Source: Gammaproteobacteria bacterium
GTDB taxonomy: Bacteria > Pseudomonadota > Gammaproteobacteria > JBCCGL01
Assembly (NCBI GenBank): GCA_965277715.1
Contig: OZ255836.1
Location: 1,760,001-1,824,000 of the forward strand
DNA length: 64,000 nt
Reading direction: 5' to 3'
Shown: piece by piece, positions 50,142-59,200 of the stretch
How positions within the stretch are numbered: position 1 is the stretch's first letter
How the letters are laid out: each line of letters starts with the position of its first letter
Notes under the pieces: generated by a model
What the model was told of the DNA's origin: nothing
Seen by the model: the letters and a program-made list of their open reading frames with translations, nothing else
The model's database searches: none
Program-made: the position numbers and the translations under genes

Positions 50142-51282
50142 TCAGGTAGTACGTATCATATATGACCTTTCAAATCGGTATTGAAAATCAGCCAGGTAAT
50201 GTTGTGCATATTTTGCGGAAATAGCATGATAGGTACTACGCAAGGCCGCTTTAAGGTTGCCCAGTATCGTGTTTACCCAATAAAATTCAGCCTCTTCAAC
50301 TGAAGCCTTACCACCACCACAGACAAGTTTGTCATACAGGCAACCAGCCTTTGTTAATGCATTAAAACAAGCCAGACCATCGGATATCACTGTACCACCG
50401 GGTTTGATGTGCTGCGTTGCCCATGCCTCAATCGCCTCACTGCGGAACCCTTCGACAATGCTCAACTTAACCCTCACAGGTTGGCTTTGTAGTGGTCTAA
50501 TAGATTCGTACAAGTAGATGGGACTATATTTTCTACTACGAGAAAGAGGTAAGACATAATGAGTCGCAAGAGTTATCCGCCGGAGTTTAAAGAAGAGACA
50601 GTGAGTTTGATTTTGGATCAAGGGTACAGTTATGCACAGGCGCAGGAAGCCACAGGGGTTGATCTGACGGCGTTACGTCGCTGGGTGAGCCAATTACGCC
50701 AGGAAAGGCAAGGAGTGACACCGAGCAAAGGGAATGCTATCAGCCTGGAGCATCGACGTATTCAAGAACTCGAAGCACAGGTAAAAAGACTAGAAAGGGA
50801 GAAAACGATCTTAAAAAAGGCGTCAGCGCTCTTGATGTCGGAGGCGTACAACGTTTCGCTATGATGGATAAATTGAGAGCGCACTATACCCAAAACGAGC
50901 TATGTCGAGTATTTGCTGTTGCCCGCAGTAGTTATGTTTATCACACTCGTCATCAAGTACAGGTAAAACCAGAAAGAGCGCGTCTGAGGCAATGTGTGAT
51001 TGATTTACATCAAGCCAGCCGGGGTTCAGTGGGTAGTCGAACCTTATCGGGCCAGTTAAAACATGAAGGTGAGATGGTAGGGCGTTATAAGGTTCGAAGC
51101 TTGATGAGAGAAGCCGGGTTGCTACGAAAACACTTGACCACTACACTTTGATCTGTCGTCCCAACAGCCGCAATAAAAGGCGTTTTTCCCGCAGCTCCAC
51201 GGCCTACCTTACCACCCGAACGTTCGCCTCCTAAGTAGGCATCATCCAGTTCAATAAACCCTTGTAGAGGGCTAAAAAACAC
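50142..51282 (-). pseudogene. IS1595-family transposase fragment interrupted by an IS3 derivative
   Basis: IELDDAYLGG..GRGA.GKTPF...TTDQ | SQPVRVKL...ISDGL...YLADFQYRF; rejoins in frame when the insert is removed. Confidence 0.85.
50488..51145 (+). mobile_element. Internally deleted IS3-family element
   Basis: Ends TGTAGTGGTC / GACCACTACA, 3-bp target duplication CTT, orfA 50559-50864, orfB truncated. Confidence 0.88.
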
Positions 51283-51394
51283 TGTTCCTCTCTACCGCAG
51301 GCTTGGATAAAATCACTTAAACTCAGACCTGCCTGGAATTGTACTGCATTACGCGATATGAAAAATACCAACAAATTCAAATGGTTGTATTTTA

Positions 51395-51790
51395 TCATAT
51401 CGTAGGCTTACGTTTCGCACCATCCGCCACCCCCACGTAGTGGGCATCTGGATAACATTTCTTTACTTTGATGATTTCTTGTTCAAACCGTCCCAAAAAG
51501 GTCTCCTTACCATACTCGGGCGTCGCCGCCATATAGGTGGTATGTTGTCTATCTCCCTTTTTGTCATAAAAGGCAATAGTGCCTACCATCGCTTCACGGT
51601 AACCCTCACTACAAAGCAGCATACAGGTATCATCCATGCCAATGGCGATACTTTTCACCGGATTGTCCATCTCAGGTAATGCATAGTTCTATTGTTCTTC
51701 CTTAGCCGAAACCACGGCACTGACTGCTTCGGATATACCCTGCATAAAACAACGCGCCACTTTTCTTCCATGGTTCTCTTCAAGGTCAGT
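51395..51790 (-). pseudogene. ISKra4-family transposase fragment
   Basis: DLEENHGRKV...KEEQ*NY...YREAMVGTI..YD..G.R..T.Y....PEYGK...VADGA; TAG at 51689-51691. Confidence 0.75.
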
Positions 51791-52741
51791 CCTTTCCTAC
51801 GTATCGTTCAGTAAGATTCGTCAGCAAGCACTCAATGAAAAGTATGCACAACATGTAGAGCGATTCGTCAGTTAGTGATCTGTTGCCAGGATGTCGCCTA
51901 CGAAGGTTTGCATTAATCCAGTGCGCGATGAGTTAGGTAATATTGATCACGATGCGCCCATCAACTTCCCAGCGCTAAATCTGGCTAAAACGATGGTAGC
52001 TTAAGCGACACTAGCCTAAAACAGGTTGACATCTTGCGGTCAGAAAGCAATATCTGCAATAAATAGAACAAGAATTGCAATAGTTATGTGTTTCTAAATC
52101 AATAAACTCTTCAGTGTTAAACAACCGCTAGGAGTTTATTAAAATGAGTATTCAAACAGGCAGTTTTTCACAGAAAATAACAAATTCAGATAGCCAATAC
52201 AAAATTTATTTTGTTTTACTGCGGAAAGCTGGATAGGGAACCAGTGGCTTCACAATAATCGGGGAAGAACCAAAATTATTGGAATACAACGTGATCTACA
52301 AATTGTTCCCGGTGAGAAATTTTTTGACTTAGTCCGAAAAAAACTCACTAATTCATCAGCACATCCATCGGTACAACGAGTAGAATCTATGTTGCCGCTG
52401 TTGTACCCGGAAGAAGGTATTGTAAAGTATTTCTTTAGAGGTAGCTCCGAGAGGATTAAAAATCCTATCAATTCGCTATTTAAATACGACAGTCATGCAA
52501 AACCGAGATAGGCTGTTGCTCAAAGATGACTCGCCTGTTTTAGAGAAGTCCGCAGGCTAATAAGTTTTGGTGCATAAAAATTTTTTAAGGCAGTAAAAAT
52601 ATGAACAGGTAATTTCAGTTTAATGTGTGATGTTGTGGAAATTAATTTCATGCTGAAAAATTCGTGCAAATATTGTTTTGTAAATACTGTTATATATTTG
52701 GTTAGTTAAATAGATTTTTGCAACTTTACTGACAGGAAAAT

Positions 52742-53632
52742 ATGTTTTTAATTAATCGATTGATTTTGGTAATTGGCAATAATGGGCTCGCTATATTTCT
52801 AATGGTAATGTCTGCATTAATAATTCCTATTGGTGATAGTATTGCCAAATATCTTAGCGATATATATCCTATAATTTTCTTAAGTTTTAGTCGATTTTTT
52901 TCAGGTTTTTTGCTGATTTTACCTGTAGTGATAAAAGGGTATAATTTTCAACCTGTTACATGGAAGGATATGAGCATGCAGTTTATACATTCGATTTTAT
53001 TGGTGCTCTCAGTTGTGTTTTTCTTTTACGCGATAAAATATATATACTTCGTTGATGCATTGGGGTTGTATTTTTTATCACCAATAATTGCATCACTTCT
53101 ATCTTTTTTTGTATTGCATGAGTCTCTTTCAGTCGGCAAATGTGTTGGAATTGGAAGTGGATTTCTAGGCGCAATACTTATAATAAAACCTGGGGTCACA
53201 ATTGATATTGGGACGTTGTATGGCTTGGGGGCTAGTGTTTGCTTTGCAGCGTATCTAGTTACAACACGAGTGTTGTCCCAAAAAGGATCGCATATTAATA
53301 TCCTGGCTGCGCAGTACCTTATTGGCACGGTTATTTTGGCTCCATTCGCGCTTACAAACATACCTTCTTTTGGCTTTTTTGAGTTTTTCCTCTTAATGTC
53401 CATTGGAGCTATTTCTCTAATTAGCCATGGGTTTCAGATTAAAGCTTTTAAACTGGCTCCAGTTTCTGTGTTGGCCCCATTAGTTTATTTCGAAATTGTT
53501 TCCGCAATAGTTATTGGGCATTTTATTTTTAATGAGCAGCCCGATTTTTTCACAGTGATTGGAATTATTATTATTTGTATTGCAGGGTTGCTGATTTTGA
53601 AGGCAGAGAGGAGACATAAAAACACTGGTTAA
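52742..53632 (+). CDS. DMT/EamA family transporter
   Basis: About 10 transmembrane helices, D.IAK.L, LHE.L, GF.GA.LIIKPG, LAPL.Y.E, F.E.P; AT-rich. Confidence 0.85.
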   Translation: MFLINRLILVIGNNGLAIFLMVMSALIIPIGDSIAKYLSDIYPIIFLSFSRFFSGFLLILPVVIKGYNFQPVTWKDMSMQFIHSILLVLSVVFFFYAIKYIYFVDALGLYFLSPIIASLLSFFVLHESLSVGKCVGIGSGFLGAILIIKPGVTIDIGTLYGLGASVCFAAYLVTTRVLSQKGSHINILAAQYLIGTVILAPFALTNIPSFGFFEFFLLMSIGAISLISHGFQIKAFKLAPVSVLAPLVYFEIVSAIVIGHFIFNEQPDFFTVIGIIIICIAGLLILKAERRHKNTG

Positions 53633-53635
53633 AAA

Positions 53636-54553
53636 TCACAAACGATACTGATTTGGTGTTTTTCCGAACTTCTTTTTGAAAAACCGATAAAAGTTGCTTT
53701 CTGTTTTGAATCCGCATTGAATGCTGATGTTACCGATTGGTTTTCTCGTGCAAGTTAACATCTTTTCTGCCTCATTTAACCTGACACTAATTATGTATTG
53801 GTAGGGTGATGTGCCAGTATAGTGTTTAAATAATTTGGAAAAATAAAATTTACTTGTGCACGACACGTCAGCTAATTCTGATAGAGTGATGTCTCTATTG
53901 AAAAAGCCATGAATATAATCTACGGATTTTTTTATGTGACTCTTTCTGGATTCATTTATTTTGCAGATACTAGAGGTATTTTTGTTAATGTTAGTATATT
54001 TTTTTATCAAATGTGTATATATAGCTATGGCTATAGATTCACCATAAATGCCCCCTATTGGGCATCCCATTTGTAGATCTTCCTCTAGTGCAAATACAGT
54101 TTGAGTGAGAAAGGGGTCTTCAATTCCAGTAAGATGAGGTAGCTGTACGAATGCTGTGTTTAAACCATATAATTTGTTAGCAACCATATTTAGAGCATGT
54201 GGTTCAATATGAATATTCAGGCTTGATATTTCGTCACTGGATACTGATTGCCAATTCCAAAAACTATTATTTTGAAAAGCTTGCCCGAAATACCATGATC
54301 CCGAATTAGCGTGGTAAGGTTGTATATTAGAATTTCCATAGGAATATTGACCACTTAAGGCGCCACTTTTAAAGTATACTAATTGGTGGTACGGTAGGCT
54401 TGGTCGGTAGTTTTCTTCAATTTTTCGGCCATAAATATACTTTGATAAATGCAATCCATTCCACTTTATGCTCTCATTGTTCAAAATACATTTTGCATCA
54501 ATATGGCATTTAAAAAAACCATTTGAGTCGATATGATTTATATTTCTAATCAT
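53636..54553 (-). CDS. AraC family transcriptional regulator
   Basis: C-terminal ITLSELA...YFSKLFK..TG.SPYQY...CGF...SNFYRFFKK.FGKTP; AT-rich. Confidence 0.9.
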   Translation of the reverse strand: MIRNINHIDSNGFFKCHIDAKCILNNESIKWNGLHLSKYIYGRKIEENYRPSLPYHQLVYFKSGALSGQYSYGNSNIQPYHANSGSWYFGQAFQNNSFWNWQSVSSDEISSLNIHIEPHALNMVANKLYGLNTAFVQLPHLTGIEDPFLTQTVFALEEDLQMGCPIGGIYGESIAIAIYTHLIKKYTNINKNTSSICKINESRKSHIKKSVDYIHGFFNRDITLSELADVSCTSKFYFSKLFKHYTGTSPYQYIISVRLNEAEKMLTCTRKPIGNISIQCGFKTESNFYRFFKKKFGKTPNQYRL

Positions 54554-54684
54554 AAAATTCCCCTATAGTATATATAGTAAAAAATAAAGTGGTATGGCCG
54601 TCTAAATTAATTAGAATATAATTAATTTTTTAAATAAAATCAAACTACTTATCCCTTTTATTTCTCTATAAATGATATTTTACA

Positions 54685-54866
54685 GGTAGTGGGTAAAACT
54701 TGAATTTTTCCATAAAAATAGACGCCAAATTCAACCTTCATGAAGCTGAAGTGGGGCAATTTTCTGCACGATAACGATAGCGTTGTTTCCCGCGAATACT
54801 TTTACTCGTACAGGCGATTTGATCATTGCCACACTGTAGATTGTGTACGTTTACTTGGCAAGTCAT
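54685..54866 (-). pseudogene. IS1-family InsA-like remnant
   Basis: Manual translation MTCQVNVHNLQCGNDQI....KSIRGKQRYRY...NC; GGTAGTGG end-like motif at 54685. Confidence 0.4.
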
Positions 54867-55079
54867 AGAGATGGAATTATATAGAAAAACGCAACTCTGG
54901 CCTGCTGCTCTCGAATAGGTTCGACCAGTACGTCGATCTATTATCTTTCTATTTTGATCTTGAAATCCCTCAGAGAAATTAATGAAGTGTCACCAGTCTC
55001 GTTGCTAATATATTTTAACTATTTGATTTTATTTATTTTTTATTGTTCTGGTGGCTATGTGGCGTGAAGAGGGGTGAAA

Positions 55080-55559
55080 CTACTCCACCAGATCAATTAT
55101 TTTTTTACGCTTTGGTTCAAATCGCTGGCCAGGCTTTAGCTGGATAACCGACTTGTCTGGCAGGGTAATCAGTACTTGCCCTGTATCGATTGTCATCGGT
55201 ACGGTGCTCAGCGTTGATTTAGGTGATGATACTGTTTGAATAGCGCGGTGATTTAGCCAAACGGTGTTGTCGCCATTGCCACGTTTGACATAACCTTGCA
55301 GCGTCAGCGCGGGGGCTGGTGTTGTTTTCTCTTGGGTTTGTAATATCGGTTTTAATGTTGGCTTTATTATTGGTTGACTGTTTGGTTTTAGTTCAAGTGC
55401 GGGTTTTTCGGCACGCATGGCATCCAAGCGTGCGCGTTGTTGTGCAGAGAGGAATAGACGTAAATCACCCAGTTGTGTAGGGGTTTGTGCGTGATTAACG
55501 CCTGAAGAAAAGACAAAAATTACACTCAATACGGCGACAAAAACCTGAACGATGCGCAT
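55080..55559 (-). CDS. Exported pilus/T2SS accessory protein (MshK/PilP-like position)
   Basis: Signal peptide, RLFLSAQQRARLD.MR, L.GYVKR..G..TVWLN, LKPGQ. Confidence 0.65.
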   Translation of the reverse strand: MRIVQVFVAVLSVIFVFSSGVNHAQTPTQLGDLRLFLSAQQRARLDAMRAEKPALELKPNSQPIIKPTLKPILQTQEKTTPAPALTLQGYVKRGNGDNTVWLNHRAIQTVSSPKSTLSTVPMTIDTGQVLITLPDKSVIQLKPGQRFEPKRKKIIDLVE

Positions 55560-55580
55560 TTCTACTCCTTGAATCCTACA

Positions 55581-56264
55581 TTAGTTGTTGATACTCAGCG
55601 TATACCAGGAGAGCTGGCATACCGCATTGACATTGGCTTTTTCAGTATCAAAATGAACTGCGCCAAAAGCCAGGGTTAAATAGCATTCACGCACTTCAAA
55701 TAGGCCTTTTGCACGCTGTTTCAACGCGGCAAGAAAAGCATTTAAGTCACCCGTATGTAATAGCCCCAGCTCAAGTTTTATCGTCGATTCATGCATGGTG
55801 AATTGTGGTGGCAGTGGTGGTGTGCTGTCCGCTAAGGCAAATACCCGGCTGGGGCTCATGGTGTATTTGAGTACCGGCAACTGTAATTGTCGGTTAATGG
55901 CCCGTATTGCCTCAACCCATAGCAAGCGCTGTTCTTCACCGATATAACCCCGCGCAACAAATTGCCTGAATTGACCAATATACGCCTGGTATAGCTGTCT
56001 GGCCTGCGTAGCTGCCTGGTAGTCACGGCGGTGTTTTTCAAGTTGCATTCGCTCGTTTTGGTAGGCTTTCTCAGCCTGGTTGGTGTGTGTATAGCCGTAG
56101 TACAACAAGCCGCCGCTGATGAGCGCACACAGCGAAAATACTAACAGGCTGCGGTGCAGCAAATGCCATTGCCGCACTACCCTGGGTTGCCCCGCTGTGA
56201 GTGGCTCAATCACCCTGGTCATTTCGATCGCTTTGGGGGTTGCCACGGGCAGGTTACCGGACAT
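55581..56264 (-). CDS. PilO/MshJ-like inner-membrane platform protein
   Basis: Transmembrane helix plus coiled coil, G.IGEEQRL.WVE, LLH.GDL..FL, C.L.W.T. Confidence 0.6.
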   Translation of the reverse strand: MSGNLPVATPKAIEMTRVIEPLTAGQPRVVRQWHLLHRSLLVFSLCALISGGLLYYGYTHTNQAEKAYQNERMQLEKHRRDYQAATQARQLYQAYIGQFRQFVARGYIGEEQRLLWVEAIRAINRQLQLPVLKYTMSPSRVFALADSTPPLPPQFTMHESTIKLELGLLHTGDLNAFLAALKQRAKGLFEVRECYLTLAFGAVHFDTEKANVNAVCQLSWYTLSINN

Positions 56265-57954
56265 TGGCAGAGCGCCCATCAGCAGGTATTTCATCAACGG
56301 GCACGAGGGTTAAGCGCAATTGAAATTCGGGGTTGCCCACCTGTTGTTCACGCGCCGATGTACCGCTATCACCGGCAAGCTGGGTTTGTGGGTCGATATC
56401 AAAGGGTTTTTTTTCAGTGTCGATAATCAGGTATTGACCGCTGGCCTGTAACGCGGCGACAAACACGTCAAATAAGGCGGTAGCACGGCGATGATCGCGC
56501 TCAAAATCGAGCACTTTGCCTGCCACACGCAGTGTTTCATAGCCAACAGTGTGGTCATTGCTGACAGCGCGTGATGGTTCTGTGTGATCACCGATTGCGG
56601 CATCGGCTTGTGGGTGGGTCAACCAATGTACCTGGGTAATTTGAATGGCATTATTGCGCGTCAGGGTTTCGGCCAGTGTGGCGAGCGCCGGTATTGGGGT
56701 GCGCGTTGTGTAGCGCTGTACTGTATTTATTGTCTCGACGGCCGATTGCATTAGCGCTGGTGGCAGCGGATAGTGTTGGCTATCGTCATTGGGTTGTTGT
56801 GCGTAGCGCTGTTTTTCAGCCATTGTTTTTTGCTGATAGTGTTGTAATAAACGGCCTTCGTGGTGACCGCTGACGGCGAATGCAGTGCTGGCGATCAATA
56901 GGGCGCCCGCTGAGGTGTACAGCCACTTTTTAAGCTGTTTATGCCGGTAGGCCTGGGTCAGGTGGGGTATGTCATAGTGGCTGGTTGTGGTGGGTTTATG
57001 CAATAGGCTGTGGGCGAATAAACCATCACAATAATGCGTGGGTAAATCGGTGCTGATACCGATGGAGGTGGCCACCCGTTGTTGTTGGTAAAGGGTGTAG
57101 TGGGTGTGCTCATCATTGTGTAGGGCGACGCCGAGCGCGGCGTGCAGCCTGTCGTTGACCACAATGGTCACGGCCAATACGGTGTCCCGTGGTAGCAGGC
57201 GCTGGCTGCGCAGATAGAGCAGGGTGTTGTCAATTTCGGCTTGTAGTGTATCGGTGTCATCGGTGTGCTGTCCGCGCTCGGTGTGCAGCGAGATCAGGCG
57301 GCTCAGTTTGAGAAACCCTCTATGGTAAAACGAGTAGCGCAATGTGGCGGCTGATTGTTGGGTAATCAGCAGGCGCCATTGGTTCCGGGCAGGTGGTTTT
57401 ACACGGCGTGATTTCTCCTGGGGCTGTAGGGCGGACAGCAGTGACTGGCCCAGCAATGGCAGCGAATAGATGCCTTTAAGCGGCGCCTGTGCACTGTGTA
57501 GAATAGCGATCCATTGATGCAGTTCCGGTGTGCCGTTCAGGCTGTTATTCAGGTCGTTATCCAGGCGATTGTCCAGGCTGTTATCCCGGCTGTTATCCAG
57601 GCCATTATCCAGGCCGAATACCAGTACTTCAAGGTCACGCCGCCCGCTGGTTTGCCGGGTTTGTACGTGCAACGACCGCCACTCGCTGTCGCGAAAGTAT
57701 TTGGCTTTGCTGCGTTCGAGTAAAGCCGTGCGATCACGCCCCCACGCGTAGGGTACTGTGTTGGGGTGAAAGGTTTCCTCTGCCAGGTCAATCAGCAGAT
57801 GCACCGGGTGGGAAGGCGGGGTTTGCAGATGGTGGATCAGTGCCTGACGGCCCTCGTCGTCAGCCGGAAATTCACACACACCACCAAACTGTCCACGCCG
57901 CCAGTCGTAGGCAATCAGTCGTCCGGCGGTACAAAGCAATACGCGCCGGGTCAT
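56254..57954 (-). CDS. PilM/PilN (GspL/MshI)-like fused protein
   Basis: LLIDLAEE.F, KGIYSLPLL, LKLSRL, single transmembrane helix then periplasmic domain; ATGA-coupled to the GspF-family gene. Confidence 0.6.
   Translation of the reverse strand: MTRRVLLCTAGRLIAYDWRRGQFGGVCEFPADDEGRQALIHHLQTPPSHPVHLLIDLAEETFHPNTVPYAWGRDRTALLERSKAKYFRDSEWRSLHVQTRQTSGRRDLEVLVFGLDNGLDNSRDNSLDNRLDNDLNNSLNGTPELHQWIAILHSAQAPLKGIYSLPLLGQSLLSALQPQEKSRRVKPPARNQWRLLITQQSAATLRYSFYHRGFLKLSRLISLHTERGQHTDDTDTLQAEIDNTLLYLRSQRLLPRDTVLAVTIVVNDRLHAALGVALHNDEHTHYTLYQQQRVATSIGISTDLPTHYCDGLFAHSLLHKPTTTSHYDIPHLTQAYRHKQLKKWLYTSAGALLIASTAFAVSGHHEGRLLQHYQQKTMAEKQRYAQQPNDDSQHYPLPPALMQSAVETINTVQRYTTRTPIPALATLAETLTRNNAIQITQVHWLTHPQADAAIGDHTEPSRAVSNDHTVGYETLRVAGKVLDFERDHRRATALFDVFVAALQASGQYLIIDTEKKPFDIDPQTQLAGDSGTSAREQQVGNPEFQLRLTLVPVDEIPADGRSANVR
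57536..57615 (-). repeat. Degenerate 12-bp tandem repeat, about 7 copies (LDNx)
   Basis: Encodes LDNG-LDNS-RDNS-LDNR-LDND-LNNS-LNG. Confidence 0.85.
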
Positions 57955-59198
57955 AGCGATGTACCAATGTTTACCGCAGTGTCGATCAGCGGGAATATGA
58001 CCGCGACGATCACCCACAGTAGTAGTGTACCCACGCCGAGGATAAGCAGGGGGCCGATAAATTGCTCAAAACGCTGGATGGATTCGCGTGCCTCACGGCC
58101 ATAGAAATAGGCGATTTGGGTAAACGCCTGGTCGAGTGCGCCACTGCCCTCACCGATACGTACCATGCGCACCACCAGCGGGGGAAATAAGCCGCTGGCG
58201 GCAAAGCTGTCGCCGATGGTTGACCCTTGCTGGATGCGGGTGTGCACGTCATCAAAGGCGCTGTCCAGCACATGGTTATCCACTAGCTGGCGGCTGAGTT
58301 GCACGATGTCGAGCACGGGGATACCGGCGGCGTACATCATCGCCGCGTAGTGGGCGAAGCGCGCCAGTTTGAAACGCAGCAACAGTGGCCCCAGCAGCCA
58401 GAGTTTAAGCTGGATGCCGTGCCAGCGGTAGCGCAGTCCGGCGCTGTGGCGCAGGCTATAGCGCAGCAGCAGTGGCAGCAGCACAACCACGGGTAGTAAC
58501 AGGTAGCCGTTGTCGATAAAAAAGCCGGAGGTCGCTAATAGTGCGGTGGTATACCAGGGTAGTTGGTAGTCGGTGCTGGCGATAAAGCTAACCATGTTAG
58601 GGACCAGGTAGACCATCACAAACAGGATAACGACAACCAGTAGTGCAGCGACAATCGCCGGGTAGAGGGTTATCCGCTTTAGGCGTGATGTCAGTTCGTC
58701 CTGCCATTTGGTGTTTTCGGCCAGGTCGTGCAGCACTTGATCCATTTTGCCACTGTGTTCGCCCACACGCACCATGCTGGCATAGACCTCGCCAAATAAG
58801 CGGGGAAAGCGTTCAAGCATGGTCGAGAAGGTTTGACCCCCTTCGATACCTTCGATGATTTGCGCAATGACTGCCTGAAAGCTATTGCGCTGTTCGCTGT
58901 CACGCAGGTCTTTAAGGGCGTCGATAAGCGGTACGCCAGCCTGTGTTAGCTGTTCCAGGTGAAACGAAAAATGGATCAACTCGCGGCGGCTTATGCTGTT
59001 CTTGCGGTTGGTGGGCCAGCCTGGCCATTTACCTGGCCAGCAACCTGGCCACCGACCCTGTCGTCGCTCCTTGCAGTTGATTAAATCCAGCCCGGTGCGC
59101 GACAGGCGCATTTCCAGGTCGGTGACATTGTGCGCTTCCTGGACACCGGTATGCCTGTGCCCAGCGGCATTCACTGCCTTGAAGTGGTATTCCGGCAT
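57951..59198 (-). CDS. Type II secretion F family protein (MshG/PilC-like)
   Basis: AGVPLIDAL, GEHSGKMD, LYP, AGIP, GEGSGALD. Confidence 0.92.
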   Translation of the reverse strand: MPEYHFKAVNAAGHRHTGVQEAHNVTDLEMRLSRTGLDLINCKERRQGRWPGCWPGKWPGWPTNRKNSISRRELIHFSFHLEQLTQAGVPLIDALKDLRDSEQRNSFQAVIAQIIEGIEGGQTFSTMLERFPRLFGEVYASMVRVGEHSGKMDQVLHDLAENTKWQDELTSRLKRITLYPAIVAALLVVVILFVMVYLVPNMVSFIASTDYQLPWYTTALLATSGFFIDNGYLLLPVVVLLPLLLRYSLRHSAGLRYRWHGIQLKLWLLGPLLLRFKLARFAHYAAMMYAAGIPVLDIVQLSRQLVDNHVLDSAFDDVHTRIQQGSTIGDSFAASGLFPPLVVRMVRIGEGSGALDQAFTQIAYFYGREARESIQRFEQFIGPLLILGVGTLLLWVIVAVIFPLIDTAVNIGTSL

Positions 59199-59200
59199 AT

